From Hyphomonas sp. (GTDB taxonomy: Bacteria; Pseudomonadota; Alphaproteobacteria; Caulobacterales; Hyphomonadaceae), in assembly GCF_013791775.1 (NCBI RefSeq), contig NZ_VMTE01000007.1: a DNA stretch of 64,000 nucleotides. One strand, written 5' to 3'. Under the pieces are notes generated by a model. It was not told the origin of the DNA, did no database searches, and saw nothing but the letters and a program-made list of their open reading frames with translations. This document shows positions 17,683-27,325 of this stretch, piece after piece. Made by a program: the position numbers and the translations under genes. How positions within the stretch are numbered: the stretch's first letter is position 1; every line of letters begins with the position of its first letter.

Positions 17683-18522
17683 ATGGCCAGCGAGCATCGC
17701 ACGCCGGAAATCACGATACAGGACGTCGACGGCGTCATGCTGCGCACGGCGCATTGGTCTGCGCCGGCCGGAAGCAACGCCGCGCCCTTGCTGTTCTTCA
17801 ACGGCATCGGGGCTAACATTGAGCTGACGCTGGGCCTGGGACGCATGTTTCCGGACCGCGCGATCCTGACCTTCGATGTTCCGGGTGTGGGTCTGAGCCC
17901 GGTGACGCAATGGCCCTACCGGCACTGGATGGCCGCGCGTTGGGCGCGCAAGTTGATCGACCTGCATGGCATGGACAGCGTCGATGTCATGGGTGTGTCG
18001 TGGGGCGGGGCGCTGGCGCAGCAGTTTGCGTTCCAGTATCGCGGCCGGGTCAACCGGCTGGTCCTGTGCGCGACGTCGTCCGGCATGACCATGATTCCGG
18101 GCCGCCCGGCGTCGCTCTCACGCATGGTGGATACGCGCCGCTATACCGACCCCGAATTCATGCGCGAGAATTTTGCGACACTGTACGGCGACATGGCCGA
18201 CGAATCGGCGGGCAGCCATATCGAGAACCTGATGCCGCCGGATCCGAAGGGTTACATCTATCAGTTGCTTGCATTCGCGGGCTGGTCCAGCTTGCCGTTC
18301 ATCCGTTTCCTGAAGATGCCGGCACTGGTCATGATGGGCGACAAGGACAGTATCGTGCCGCTCGTCAACGGCCAGATCCTGAACTGGGCGCTTCCGGATT
18401 CGCGCCTGCACGTGGTCGAAGATGCGGGCCATCTGTTCATCGTCACGCGGGCGCAGGAAACCGCTGATGTGATCAACACTTTCCTGGGCAGCACCGGCGG
18501 CAAAGCCGCAAAGGCCGCCTAA
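17683..18522 (+). CDS. phaZ: intracellular medium-chain-length PHA depolymerase
   Basis: Track ORF 17683..18522. The blocks LLFFNGIGANIEL, FDVPGVG, GVSWGGALAQQFA and EDAGHLFIVTRAQE correspond to those I recall from Pseudomonas PhaZ. Confidence 0.9.
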   Translation: MASEHRTPEITIQDVDGVMLRTAHWSAPAGSNAAPLLFFNGIGANIELTLGLGRMFPDRAILTFDVPGVGLSPVTQWPYRHWMAARWARKLIDLHGMDSVDVMGVSWGGALAQQFAFQYRGRVNRLVLCATSSGMTMIPGRPASLSRMVDTRRYTDPEFMRENFATLYGDMADESAGSHIENLMPPDPKGYIYQLLAFAGWSSLPFIRFLKMPALVMMGDKDSIVPLVNGQILNWALPDSRLHVVEDAGHLFIVTRAQETADVINTFLGSTGGKAAKAA

Positions 18523-20105
18523 TCGTTCATCAGCCGCTCGGCTTCGGTTTGCACGGCGCTGTAGTCCACCTTGCCGGTGCCGAGGACCGGGATCTGCGCC
18601 ACCTTGAACACCCGGCGGGGTACGGAGATTTCCGGTACGCCGTGGCTTTGTGCCCAGCTGAGGATCGGCGTGCGCGCCGCCTCCGGCGCTTCGCTGAGCA
18701 GCACGACCTGCTCGCCTTTCTTGGGATCGGGCAGCGTGACGGCCGCGTGCATATGGTCCGGCCAGACCGCCGCCGCGCAATTCTCGACCACCGCGAGCGA
18801 GACCATTTCACCGCCGATCTTGGCGAAACGTTTCACGCGGCCGAGGATGCGGACAAAACCTTCCTCGTCGATGTCCACGATGTCGCCGGTATCGTGCCAG
18901 CCGTCCGGCAGTTTCTCGATCACGCCGGGATTGGAGGGACGCAGGTAACCCATCATGATGTTGGGTCCGCGGATGTGGAGCCGTCCGCCCTCCGGCATGC
19001 CCTCGACCGGAACGAGCCGGGACTCCATGCTCGCCATGAGCCGGCCGACCGTGCCGGGCTTGTTGTGTTCCCACTGGTTCGCCGCAACGACCGGTGACGC
19101 TTCGGTGGCGCCATAGCCTTCCAGGATTTCGATATTGAACTTGCGGCGCACATAGTCGCGTGTTTCGTCCTTCACCCGCTCGGCGCCGCAGACGGCGAGG
19201 CGGACGGAATCGAGATCGCCATCCGCGCCGGTGCGCGCGTATTGGGAGATGAACGTGTCGGTGGCGAGGAGGATTGTCGCGCCGCTCTCGCGGATGCGCC
19301 GGACGATTTCTTTCGGCTGGAGCGGCGAGGGGTGGAAGATCACCTTCACGCCGGCGATGATCGGCAGCAGGGCGCCCACGGTCAGGCCAAAGCAATGAAA
19401 GGTCGGCAGCGGATTGAACACGATGTCCGTATCCGGACTAAGGCCGATATGGGCGCGGACCTGCTCGACATTTGCCATCACGTTTTCATGGCTGAGGACG
19501 ACGCCCTTGGGGTCGCCTTCGGTGCCCGAGGTGAACAGGATCACGCCGGGCTGCTTGTGGTTCAGGGCGGCGCCCACAAAGGTCGGCAAGGCGGGGCCGG
19601 CGACCGCGGCGACCTTGTCGCCGATCGACAGCTTTTCACGAACGTCTTCGAGATAAACGATCTTGACCGACTTCGAGAGCCCCGCGATCAGGCTTTCCAG
19701 TCCGCCAAGTTCGACAAACTTGTGCGCGGTGATCAGGCGTTTCACCTTCGCCGCCCGCATGGCGGCTTTCAGGTTTTTCGAACCGGCGGTGAAATTCAGC
19801 ATTGCCGGGACGCGGCCATAGGCTGTCACGGCGAAGAAGGCGACCACCGCGCCGGCCCCGGTGGGCAGCATCACGCCGACTGATTCGCCCCGCTTCGTGC
19901 CCTTCTTGAGCGCCGAGCCGAGCCCGAAACAGGCCCGGATGATGTCCTTGTAGGTGAGGATCCGTTCGTCCCCATCGACCAGGATGGGTTTGTTTGCGCC
20001 AAACTCCCGCGCGGCGCGCAGGAGGGCTGTAAACAGGTTGGAGCGTGTGCGTTCAGGCTTGTAGGCCAGCGGGGCTGGCACAAGCGGCTGGAGGGATTGC
20101 TGCAT
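18519..20105 (-). CDS. AMP-dependent acyl-ACP/acyl-CoA synthetase (Aas C-terminal-domain-like, stand-alone)
   Basis: Track ORF 18519..20159, with the start probably at MQQSLQ (20105). It has the adenylation motifs FTSGTEGDPKGV, GYGATE, TGDIVDIDEEGF and GKVDY. Its stop overlaps the phaZ stop. Confidence 0.85.
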   Translation of the reverse strand: MQQSLQPLVPAPLAYKPERTRSNLFTALLRAAREFGANKPILVDGDERILTYKDIIRACFGLGSALKKGTKRGESVGVMLPTGAGAVVAFFAVTAYGRVPAMLNFTAGSKNLKAAMRAAKVKRLITAHKFVELGGLESLIAGLSKSVKIVYLEDVREKLSIGDKVAAVAGPALPTFVGAALNHKQPGVILFTSGTEGDPKGVVLSHENVMANVEQVRAHIGLSPDTDIVFNPLPTFHCFGLTVGALLPIIAGVKVIFHPSPLQPKEIVRRIRESGATILLATDTFISQYARTGADGDLDSVRLAVCGAERVKDETRDYVRRKFNIEILEGYGATEASPVVAANQWEHNKPGTVGRLMASMESRLVPVEGMPEGGRLHIRGPNIMMGYLRPSNPGVIEKLPDGWHDTGDIVDIDEEGFVRILGRVKRFAKIGGEMVSLAVVENCAAAVWPDHMHAAVTLPDPKKGEQVVLLSEAPEAARTPILSWAQSHGVPEISVPRRVFKVAQIPVLGTGKVDYSAVQTEAERLMND

Positions 20106-20256
20106 TGACTGGCCCTGACTCGTTTCTTCCCGAACGTGTTTTATGTAACATTCTGTCATCTAGCGTCATCCAAGCAAGCGATATTGCAAGTCTGCATATG
20201 CAGCCTGCGCTCAGAACGGCTTGCTGAATCGCTCGGCGGGCGCCATTTTGGCGGCA

Positions 20257-21225
20257 ATGACAAACCTCATCGATCTGAAATCAAATGCGCCCCGTCCCCG
20301 CCACCCCGAGAAGCAGGGGCGGGCGGATACACCCTTGATGCGAAAACCCGAATGGATTCGCGTCAAGGCGCCCACCTCCCAGGGGTATTCCGACACGCGC
20401 GCCATCGTGAAGGCCAATGGCCTGGTTACGGTGTGCGAAGAGGCGGGATGTCCGAACATCGGTGAGTGCTGGGACAAGAAGCACGCGACGATGATGATTC
20501 TCGGAGAGGTGTGCACACGGGCCTGTTCCTTCTGCAACGTGGCGACCGGCAAGCCGAAGCCCGGTGTCGATGCCGACGAGCCGCGCCGGGTGGGTGAGGC
20601 GGTGGCCGAGATGGGGCTCAGCCATGTCGTGATCACGTCCGTGGACCGCGACGACCTCGAAGACGGCGGCGCGATGCACTTCGTGCACACGATCCGCTCG
20701 ATCCGTGAACGCGCGCCTGGTGCAACCATCGAGATCCTGACGCCGGACTTTCTGCGCAAGGATGGCTGGGAGAACCGCGTCATCGATGCCAAGCCCGACG
20801 TGTTCAACCACAATCTCGAAACCGTCCCGCGCCTTTATCTCTCCATCCGTCCGGGTGCGCGCTATTTCCATTCCCTCCGTCTGCTGCAGAAAGTGAAAGA
20901 CCGAGACCCGTCGCAGTTCACCAAGTCCGGCCTGATGGTTGGCCTCGGCGAGACGAAGGAAGAAGTGATGCAGGTGATGGACGACATGCGCTCGGCCGGA
21001 GTCGATTTCATCACGATCGGCCAGTACCTTCAGCCGACGCGCAAGCACGCCGCCATCGACCGGTTCGTCACGCCGGACGAGTTCAAGGCCTATGAGGAAA
21101 TCGCGCGGGCGAAGGGATTCCTGATGGTCTCGGCCAGCCCGTTGACGCGCTCGAGCCACCATGCGGGCGAGGACTTTGCGCAGCTTCGGGCGGCCCGTGA
21201 GGCGCTGCTCGCCGCGCGCGCCTGA
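20257..21225 (+). CDS. lipA: lipoyl synthase
   Basis: Track ORF 20221..21225, with the start probably at ATG 20257. It has the cluster motifs [12 protein letters not shown] and [10 protein letters not shown]. Confidence 0.95.
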   Translation: MTNLIDLKSNAPRPRHPEKQGRADTPLMRKPEWIRVKAPTSQGYSDTRAIVKANGLVTVCEEAGCPNIGECWDKKHATMMILGEVCTRACSFCNVATGKPKPGVDADEPRRVGEAVAEMGLSHVVITSVDRDDLEDGGAMHFVHTIRSIRERAPGATIEILTPDFLRKDGWENRVIDAKPDVFNHNLETVPRLYLSIRPGARYFHSLRLLQKVKDRDPSQFTKSGLMVGLGETKEEVMQVMDDMRSAGVDFITIGQYLQPTRKHAAIDRFVTPDEFKAYEEIARAKGFLMVSASPLTRSSHHAGEDFAQLRAAREALLAARA

Positions 21226-21228
21226 GGC

Positions 21229-21687
21229 ATGCCGCGTTTTTCTCAATCGATCCGGGTATCGTACCGGCCCGCCGACTGCTTTGCACTTGTTGCGGACATC
21301 GCGCGCTATCCGGACTTCATCAAATGGATCACGGCCATGCGCGTGTCCGGCCAGCGGGAGATCGGGCCTGGCCTGGTCGAGTGTCAGGGCGAAGCGGTCG
21401 TGGGGTTCAAGGGATTTGTCGAGCGCTTCACAACGCAAGTGGTGGCTGATGAGGCGGCGGCGCGCGTGACGGCGTCGCTGGTGCGCGGGCCGTTCCGGAA
21501 ACTGTTTGCCGAGTGGCGCATCACGGAAAGCGTGCATGGCACCTCCGACATCTCACTGGCGATTGACTACGAGTTCCGAAATCCGGTGATCGGCTTCCTC
21601 GCGGCGGCAAACCATGATCTGGCGGTGGACCGCATCCTGAACGCGTTTCTGGTTGAAGCGCAGCGGCGGTTCGGAAAGGCGATATGA
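21229..21687 (+). CDS. SRPBCC-family protein (COQ10/RatA-like)
   Basis: Track ORF 21229..21687. The sequence is of the polyketide cyclase/dehydrase-like type. The gene sits immediately after lipA, as is common in alphaproteobacteria. Confidence 0.75.
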   Translation: MPRFSQSIRVSYRPADCFALVADIARYPDFIKWITAMRVSGQREIGPGLVECQGEAVVGFKGFVERFTTQVVADEAAARVTASLVRGPFRKLFAEWRITESVHGTSDISLAIDYEFRNPVIGFLAAANHDLAVDRILNAFLVEAQRRFGKAI

Positions 21688-21688
21688 C

Positions 21689-22444
21689 ATGGCGGCAGAT
21701 TGGGACTTCTACGCTCTCCGCGTGGACGGCGATCCCGCTTCGATCTTTGTCGATCTGGACTTGGACGCGGCAGCGCCAATCGAAGCGCTTCCCAACGTGG
21801 CCTATCTGCGAATTCGCATGAACGCGCCGCGGCCAGATGGTTTGTCCAGTCAGGAAGAGTATGACGCGCTAATAGCAATAGAGGACACGTCAACCGGCGC
21901 GCTGTCCAATGGGACAACCTGTTTGTACGTCGGACGAAACACCTCTTCCGGCAATCGGGACTTCTACTTTTATGTTTCGGATATCGCACGTTTCGAAGCA
22001 AACGCCTCTGCGTGCATGAAGCCGTTTTCCAATTACCAGTTCCAGACAGGCGGTCGCTTTGATCCCGAATGGTCAACCTATCACAACTTCCTGTATCCAC
22101 CCGCTCGCGACCTCCAGCGGATGATGAACCGGCGTGTTTGTGAGTCGCTAGAAGCGCAAGGCGACGACCTTGAGCTACTCCGCGAAATTGATCATCATTG
22201 CTACTTGCCAACCGCTGCATTGGCCTCAGAACTCGCTCAACTTGCTACGGCACAAGGTTTCACGGTCAAGGCTATTCATGAACCGTGGGAAAAGAACCCC
22301 ATGTTTGAAGTTCATCTCATGCAGTTTGCCCGCCCCAGAGACATCGACGAGCCGGTTCTCCTCCTCTTTGAAGCGTGTTCGAAGCTTGGCGGCGAGTATG
22401 ACGGATGGGGTTGCGTTGCCGCCGGCGCTCCTGGCGCATCCTGA
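21689..22444 (+). CDS. DUF695 / RraB-like two-domain protein of unknown function (compositionally atypical)
   Basis: Track ORF 21653..22444 trimmed to MAADWDFYALRVDG (ATG 21689, 1 nt after the preceding stop). The N-terminal half resembles DUF695 and the C-terminal half (REIDHHCYLP...GGEYDGWG) resembles the RraB family. Both assignments are from memory. It is rich in A/T-ending codons. Confidence 0.6.
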   Translation: MAADWDFYALRVDGDPASIFVDLDLDAAAPIEALPNVAYLRIRMNAPRPDGLSSQEEYDALIAIEDTSTGALSNGTTCLYVGRNTSSGNRDFYFYVSDIARFEANASACMKPFSNYQFQTGGRFDPEWSTYHNFLYPPARDLQRMMNRRVCESLEAQGDDLELLREIDHHCYLPTAALASELAQLATAQGFTVKAIHEPWEKNPMFEVHLMQFARPRDIDEPVLLLFEACSKLGGEYDGWGCVAAGAPGAS

Positions 22445-22644
22445 ATCTGTTTTCAAAGCGGCGTACCGTGGCTTCGATTGAAGTTCAGCGCACACCCTCG
22501 TCAAATCTCACACCGCAGGTCCCATCGAAGGATGGGACCCAGATAATCGAAGATGCATTATCCTTGTCTGGACCCCTGCCTGTCGCAGGGGCTACGGCGT
22601 ATCCAGATGCACAATGGCGCGCATTTCGCAAAAGCTCCAAGCCT

Positions 22645-23136
22645 CTAGCGCATCTGCGCCTGGATCAGATTGAGGGCCGTTTCGACCGCCGCCATGCGGA
22701 TCGCGTCGCGGCTGATCTCGCCGAGCTGGAGATGCTCGTGGATGATTGCGCGGTTTTCGCGGGCACAGGCGATGTGCACGGTGCCGACGGGTTTCATCTT
22801 GGTGCCGCCGCCGGGACCGGCGACGCCGGTGATCCCGACAGCGATGTTGGCGCGGCTGTTGCCGAGCGCGCCTTCGGCCATCATCCGCGCGACCGGTTCG
22901 GACACCGCACCGTAGTCCGCCAGGGCATCGCCGGGCACGCCGAGCATCTCTTCCTTGGCGCGGTTGGAATAGGTGACGAAACCGCGTTCGAACACGTTTG
23001 ACGATCCCGGAATTTCGGTGAACAGGGCGGCCAGCAGACCGCCCGTGCAGCTTTCGGCGGTGGCAATCTTCAGGCGCGCCTGTTCGGCGTCATCGAGGAT
23101 CAGCATGGCGAGGTTACGGAGGCGTTCTGGAAACAT
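22645..23136 (-). CDS. CinA C-terminal domain protein (nicotinamide-nucleotide amidohydrolase PncC-like)
   Basis: Track ORF 22645..23136. It contains ATAESCTGGLLAALFTEIPGSS and GITGVAGPGGG. Confidence 0.88.
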   Translation of the reverse strand: MFPERLRNLAMLILDDAEQARLKIATAESCTGGLLAALFTEIPGSSNVFERGFVTYSNRAKEEMLGVPGDALADYGAVSEPVARMMAEGALGNSRANIAVGITGVAGPGGGTKMKPVGTVHIACARENRAIIHEHLQLGEISRDAIRMAAVETALNLIQAQMR

Positions 23137-23156
23137 GGTGCTTACCTACAGGGCGA

Positions 23157-23942
23157 CTAGCGCCCCGTGAAGACGGGATCGCGCTTCTCGAGGAAGGCGG
23201 CGGCGCTTTCCTTCGCGTCCTCAGTCTGCATCAGCTTGCGGATTTCGGTGATCGCCCACTTGCCGGTGTCGCGCCAGTCGGGATCGAGCGTCCGGCGCAG
23301 TCCCGCCTTGAGCGCGCGCACCGCCTGAGGCGGATTGGCGGCAATCTTCTGCGCAATGGCAAGGGCGGTCGGCAGCAGATCGTCTTGCGGCAAGACGCGG
23401 CTGACGAGGCCGATGGCCTTGGCTTCGGCGGCGTCGATGATGTCGCCCGTGAAGAGGAGTTCGCTGGCCTTCTCGCGGCCCACGAGTTGCGCGAGGCGGC
23501 CAAGCCCCGGCGCATCGCAGCAGAGCCCACGCTTGACGAAAATCTCGCCCCACTTTGCCGTGTCGGCCATCACGCGGATGTCGGCCATGATGGCGAGTTC
23601 CGCGCCCCAGCCGAGCGCAAAGCCGTTGATGGCGGCGATGACGGGAATGTCCGTATGCAGAAGGGCGTCTGCCGCCGGTGTCAGGCCGCCGGTGCGTTTC
23701 GCCCGTTCGGCCATCTCCGGTGTGGACGGCGCGCCCTTGGAGAGTATCTGCTTGACGTCGTCGCCCGAGCAGAATGCCCGGTCGCCGGCGCCGGTGATCA
23801 CGATGGCCCGTGCTTCGGAGACGCGCACGGCGTCTTCGAGCGCCATGTAGAGCGGGTAATCCAGCGAGTTCATTGCCTGCGGCCGGTTCAGCGTAAGAAG
23901 GGTGACGTGGCCGCGATGCTCGGTGAGCAGGATATCGGACAT
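23157..23942 (-). CDS. enoyl-CoA hydratase/isomerase family protein
   Basis: Track ORF 23157..24053 trimmed to MSDILLTEHRGHVTLLTLNRPQAMNSL (cat at 23940-23942). The crotonase motifs FCSGDD and GFALGWGAELA are present. Confidence 0.88.
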   Translation of the reverse strand: MSDILLTEHRGHVTLLTLNRPQAMNSLDYPLYMALEDAVRVSEARAIVITGAGDRAFCSGDDVKQILSKGAPSTPEMAERAKRTGGLTPAADALLHTDIPVIAAINGFALGWGAELAIMADIRVMADTAKWGEIFVKRGLCCDAPGLGRLAQLVGREKASELLFTGDIIDAAEAKAIGLVSRVLPQDDLLPTALAIAQKIAANPPQAVRALKAGLRRTLDPDWRDTGKWAITEIRKLMQTEDAKESAAAFLEKRDPVFTGR

Positions 23943-24012
23943 GGCGTATCTCCCGGGTATCTTTTCCCGGAGAGTGTCACGAAGCGGGTAGGCTGAAAAC
24001 GCTGCCGCCGGG

Positions 24013-25143
24013 TCAGCGCATCGGCGCGAGCACCGCGATGGCTTCTGCGGCAATGCCTTCGCGCCTGCCAGTGAATCCGAGGCCTTCGGTGGTCGTCGCT
24101 TTCACGCTGACGGCATCCAGCGGCAGGCCGAGGAGTTCGGCAGTGCGCGCGCGCATGGCCTCGCGGTGGGGTTTCACCTTGGGTGCCTCGCAGATCAGCG
24201 TGATGTCGCAGCTGTCGATCCGGTAACCCTTGGCTCCGGCGAGCGTCTGGGCGTGTTTCAGGAAGAGCGCGCTGTCGGCATTCTTCCAGCGCGGGTCTGA
24301 GGGCGGGAAATGGTCGCCGATATCGCCGAGCGCGACGGCGCCGAGGATGGCGTCCGTGAGTGCGTGCCAGCCGGCGTCGGCGTCGGAGTGGCCTTTCAGC
24401 TTGGCGGTGTGCGGGATGTGGACGCCGCAGAGGGTGACGTGGTCACCGGCTTCGAATTCGTGGACGTCGAAACCCTTGCCGACGCGGGGCACACCGGGGG
24501 GCGAGAGGAGGCGGGCCAGCATGTCGAAATCCTCGGGGTATGTGATCTTCTGGAGCCGGACTGAACCGGGGACAATTTTGACGCGGGCGCCGGCGGCTTC
24601 GATGGCCGCTAGGTCATCGACGAGATCCGGCCCGGCTTTGGCCAGCGCGGCCCGGATCTGGCCCAGGCGAAACGCCTGCGGGGTCTGCACCCGGTAGAGC
24701 CCGGTCCGGTCAACGGTTGCCAGGACGCCGTCGCGATCAGCCTTGAGTGCATCGGAAACGGGCAAGCCGGGCGCCGCCGCGTCTGCGCCGGAAAGGGCGT
24801 CGATCAGGGCTGTGATCATGTCGGCGTCTATTCCGGGGCGCGCCGCGTCGTGAATCAGCACGATCGCCTCGTCGCTCAGGTCGAGAGCAGCGAGGCCGCT
24901 CCGGACCGATTGGGTGCGCGTCGTGCCGGGTTCTGTGCGCACGAACCGTTGTCCTGTACCGGGGGCGCCGACCTCGCTGGACGCCACAACAACAATATCG
25001 GATACGGCGGCGTGGGCGCTGAACGCGTCGATGGACCAGTCAATGACGCGCCGCCCGAGAAGGGGTTGCCATTGCTTCGGGGCATCCGGTCCGGCCCGGT
25101 TTCCCTGGCCTCCGGCGACGATTAGGGCGGCTATGCGAGTCAT
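24013..25143 (-). CDS. ispDF: bifunctional 2-C-methyl-D-erythritol 4-phosphate cytidylyltransferase / MEcPP synthase
   Basis: Track ORF 24013..25143. The IspD N-terminus is IVAGGQGNR. The IspF C-terminus has GKGFDVHEF and [19 protein letters not shown]. Confidence 0.93.
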   Translation of the reverse strand: MTRIAALIVAGGQGNRAGPDAPKQWQPLLGRRVIDWSIDAFSAHAAVSDIVVVASSEVGAPGTGQRFVRTEPGTTRTQSVRSGLAALDLSDEAIVLIHDAARPGIDADMITALIDALSGADAAAPGLPVSDALKADRDGVLATVDRTGLYRVQTPQAFRLGQIRAALAKAGPDLVDDLAAIEAAGARVKIVPGSVRLQKITYPEDFDMLARLLSPPGVPRVGKGFDVHEFEAGDHVTLCGVHIPHTAKLKGHSDADAGWHALTDAILGAVALGDIGDHFPPSDPRWKNADSALFLKHAQTLAGAKGYRIDSCDITLICEAPKVKPHREAMRARTAELLGLPLDAVSVKATTTEGLGFTGRREGIAAEAIAVLAPMR

Positions 25144-25271
25144 CCGACCGCTTCTAAGCGAACCGCCCTGCTGTGACTATACTATCGCACCAGACTCGCC
25201 TTCTGCACGAATATTGTGCTGCCCATCATTTGGGCGCTTGCCCGGGCGTCAAAAGTCGTGAAGATAATGCA

Positions 25272-26261
25272 ATGATCAAATTTCAGGCACCTCGCGTTTG
25301 GCTCGCGCCAATGTCCGGCGCTACGGATGCGCCGATGCGGCGTCAGGCCGTGCGCTTTGGCGCGCCGGCGGTCGTGTCCGAGATGGTAGCCGGGGAGACC
25401 TTGGCGAAGGCGCGGCCGGACGTGGTTCGCCGTACCTGCCGGCATGAGGGCGCGGGATTCTGGGTCGTCCAGCTCGCGGCCCGCCGCCCGGACGACATGC
25501 TCCAGGGTGCGCGCCTGATGGCGGAAGCGGGTGTGGACGTGATCGACATCAACATGGGCTGCCCCTCGAAAGAGGTGACGGGTGGCCAGTCGGGTTCGGC
25601 CCTGATGCGCGATCTGGGCCTGGCGGGCGAGATCATCGATGCGGGCATCGAGGGCGCCGGCGCACGGCCCGTGACGCTGAAAATGCGGCTTGGCTGGGAT
25701 GATGCGAGCCGCAACGCGCCGGCACTGGGCCGGATGGCCGAGGGCAAGGGGGTCCGGATGCTGACGGTGCATGGGCGCACACGTTGCCAGTTCTACACGG
25801 GCGCTGCCGATTGGGCGGCTGTACGCGAGACGGTCGAGGCGGTGTCCATCCCGGTCATCGTCAACGGCGACATCCGCGATCCCGCCTCCGCCAAGGCGGC
25901 GCTCGCACTTTCCGGTGCGCATGGCGTGATGGTCGGGCGCGCAGCGATGGGCCGGCCTTGGCTGGCGGGCGAGATTGCCGCGTCGCTGGATGGCATGCGG
26001 TGGCGCAAGCCGGATCTTGATGAGCAGGTGGGCAGCCTGGAAGAACAGGTTTCGGACGCGCTCGCCCTTTATGGGCCGGTCCTCGGCTTGCGGATGGTGC
26101 GCAAGCATGTGTCGGCCGCGATTGATCACCTCGCATTGCCGTTCACGACGACCGAGCGCCGCGCGCTGCGCGCTGACCTTTGCCGCATCGACAGCGCGGC
26201 GGAACTCATCCGGTCCCTGAGACGGGTCTATATCGAGCGAGCTTGCGAGGAGCTGGTCTGA
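25272..26261 (+). CDS. dusB: tRNA-dihydrouridine synthase
   Basis: Track ORF 25173..26261 trimmed to MIKFQAPRVWLAPMSGATD (ATG 25272). It contains DINMGCP and TVHGRTR. Confidence 0.9.
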   Translation: MIKFQAPRVWLAPMSGATDAPMRRQAVRFGAPAVVSEMVAGETLAKARPDVVRRTCRHEGAGFWVVQLAARRPDDMLQGARLMAEAGVDVIDINMGCPSKEVTGGQSGSALMRDLGLAGEIIDAGIEGAGARPVTLKMRLGWDDASRNAPALGRMAEGKGVRMLTVHGRTRCQFYTGAADWAAVRETVEAVSIPVIVNGDIRDPASAKAALALSGAHGVMVGRAAMGRPWLAGEIAASLDGMRWRKPDLDEQVGSLEEQVSDALALYGPVLGLRMVRKHVSAAIDHLALPFTTTERRALRADLCRIDSAAELIRSLRRVYIERACEELV

Positions 26262-26262
26262 G

Positions 26263-27324
26263 ATGACGACGATGGATCAACTACGTCCTGCGAACCTGTC
26301 TGAGATGGCGCCGGTAGCCTTGGTGCACATTGATGCCCGGCGGCGGATCTGCAACGTGAACGCGGCGGCCGAGACGCTGCTTCAGCTTTCGCGGCGGGCG
26401 CTGATCGAGAAACCGCTGAGCGAGGTGATTTATCACGACTCGCCCTTGTTCGAGCTGATTGACCGCGCCGCGCGCGAACCGGCGGAAATTACGGCGCCGT
26501 CAACGCCGATTTCGGGGCCCTCGGTTCCGGTCCGGACGATCTGCGACGTGCGGGTTCGCAGTGTCGAAGGCGGGGAGTTCATCCTTGTGCTCGGCGACGC
26601 ACCGGCGCGAGACCCGTCCGAGGGGATCGCCGGCGCAGCGGGTTTCGGCCGAATCCTTGGACATGAGGTCAAGAACCCGCTTGCTGGCATCATTGGCGCG
26701 GCGCAGCTGCTGGAGCGTCAGGGGCTGTCCGGTCAGGCCGAATTGCTCGACATCATCAAGGACGAAGCGCGCCGCATCGAGCGGCTGGTCAATCGCCTGT
26801 CAGCGTTCGAGTTGTTCTCGGCACCTCGCATGCAGCCCTGCAACGTGCACGCCTTGCTCGACAAGGTGATTGCCGCCGAGCGTGCGGCCGTGGGGCCGAA
26901 GATCGAGTTCCGGCGCGAATTCGATCCGTCGCTGCCTGACGTGCAGGCCGATCCAGACCACCTTCAGCAAGCCTTCCAGAACATCGTGCGCAACGCCGCC
27001 GAAGCCGCATCTGAAGGTAACGGGCGCGGCGAGGTGGTTGTTCGCACCGCCTATGCCGCCGGCATGGCGATGCGCCAGGCGCGCCTCGGTTCCGGCCTGC
27101 GCCGGGCGATGCTGATTTCGTTCGAGGACAATGGCCAGGGCATTCCGCGCGAACGCCAGGCCACGATGTTCGATGTGTTCCAGAGTTCCAAATCCGGTGG
27201 TCGCGGATTGGGGCTCTCTGTCGTCAGCGAAGTGGTCTCCGCACACGGCGGCCAGATCCGCGTCGACAGCCAGCCGGGCTCGACCCGGTTCACCGTTCTC
27301 TTGCCGCTTGTGGAGGCCAGCTGA
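26263..27324 (+). CDS. ntrB: nitrogen regulation sensor histidine kinase NtrB
   Basis: Track ORF 26263..27324. It has the H-box LGHEVKNPLAGIIGAAQLL and an HATPase domain, and is followed by ntrC. Confidence 0.88.
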   Translation: MTTMDQLRPANLSEMAPVALVHIDARRRICNVNAAAETLLQLSRRALIEKPLSEVIYHDSPLFELIDRAAREPAEITAPSTPISGPSVPVRTICDVRVRSVEGGEFILVLGDAPARDPSEGIAGAAGFGRILGHEVKNPLAGIIGAAQLLERQGLSGQAELLDIIKDEARRIERLVNRLSAFELFSAPRMQPCNVHALLDKVIAAERAAVGPKIEFRREFDPSLPDVQADPDHLQQAFQNIVRNAAEAASEGNGRGEVVVRTAYAAGMAMRQARLGSGLRRAMLISFEDNGQGIPRERQATMFDVFQSSKSGGRGLGLSVVSEVVSAHGGQIRVDSQPGSTRFTVLLPLVEAS

Positions 27325-27325
27325 C

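Noticed and set aside
21229-22444. RatA-like SRPBCC protein plus the downstream gene as a toxin-antitoxin pair.
   Set aside because: The lipA-SRPBCC(COQ10-like) pairing is a conserved housekeeping arrangement. The downstream gene has a different nucleotide composition, suggesting later insertion rather than a co-evolved module. No known antitoxin fold or DNA-binding domain was recognised.
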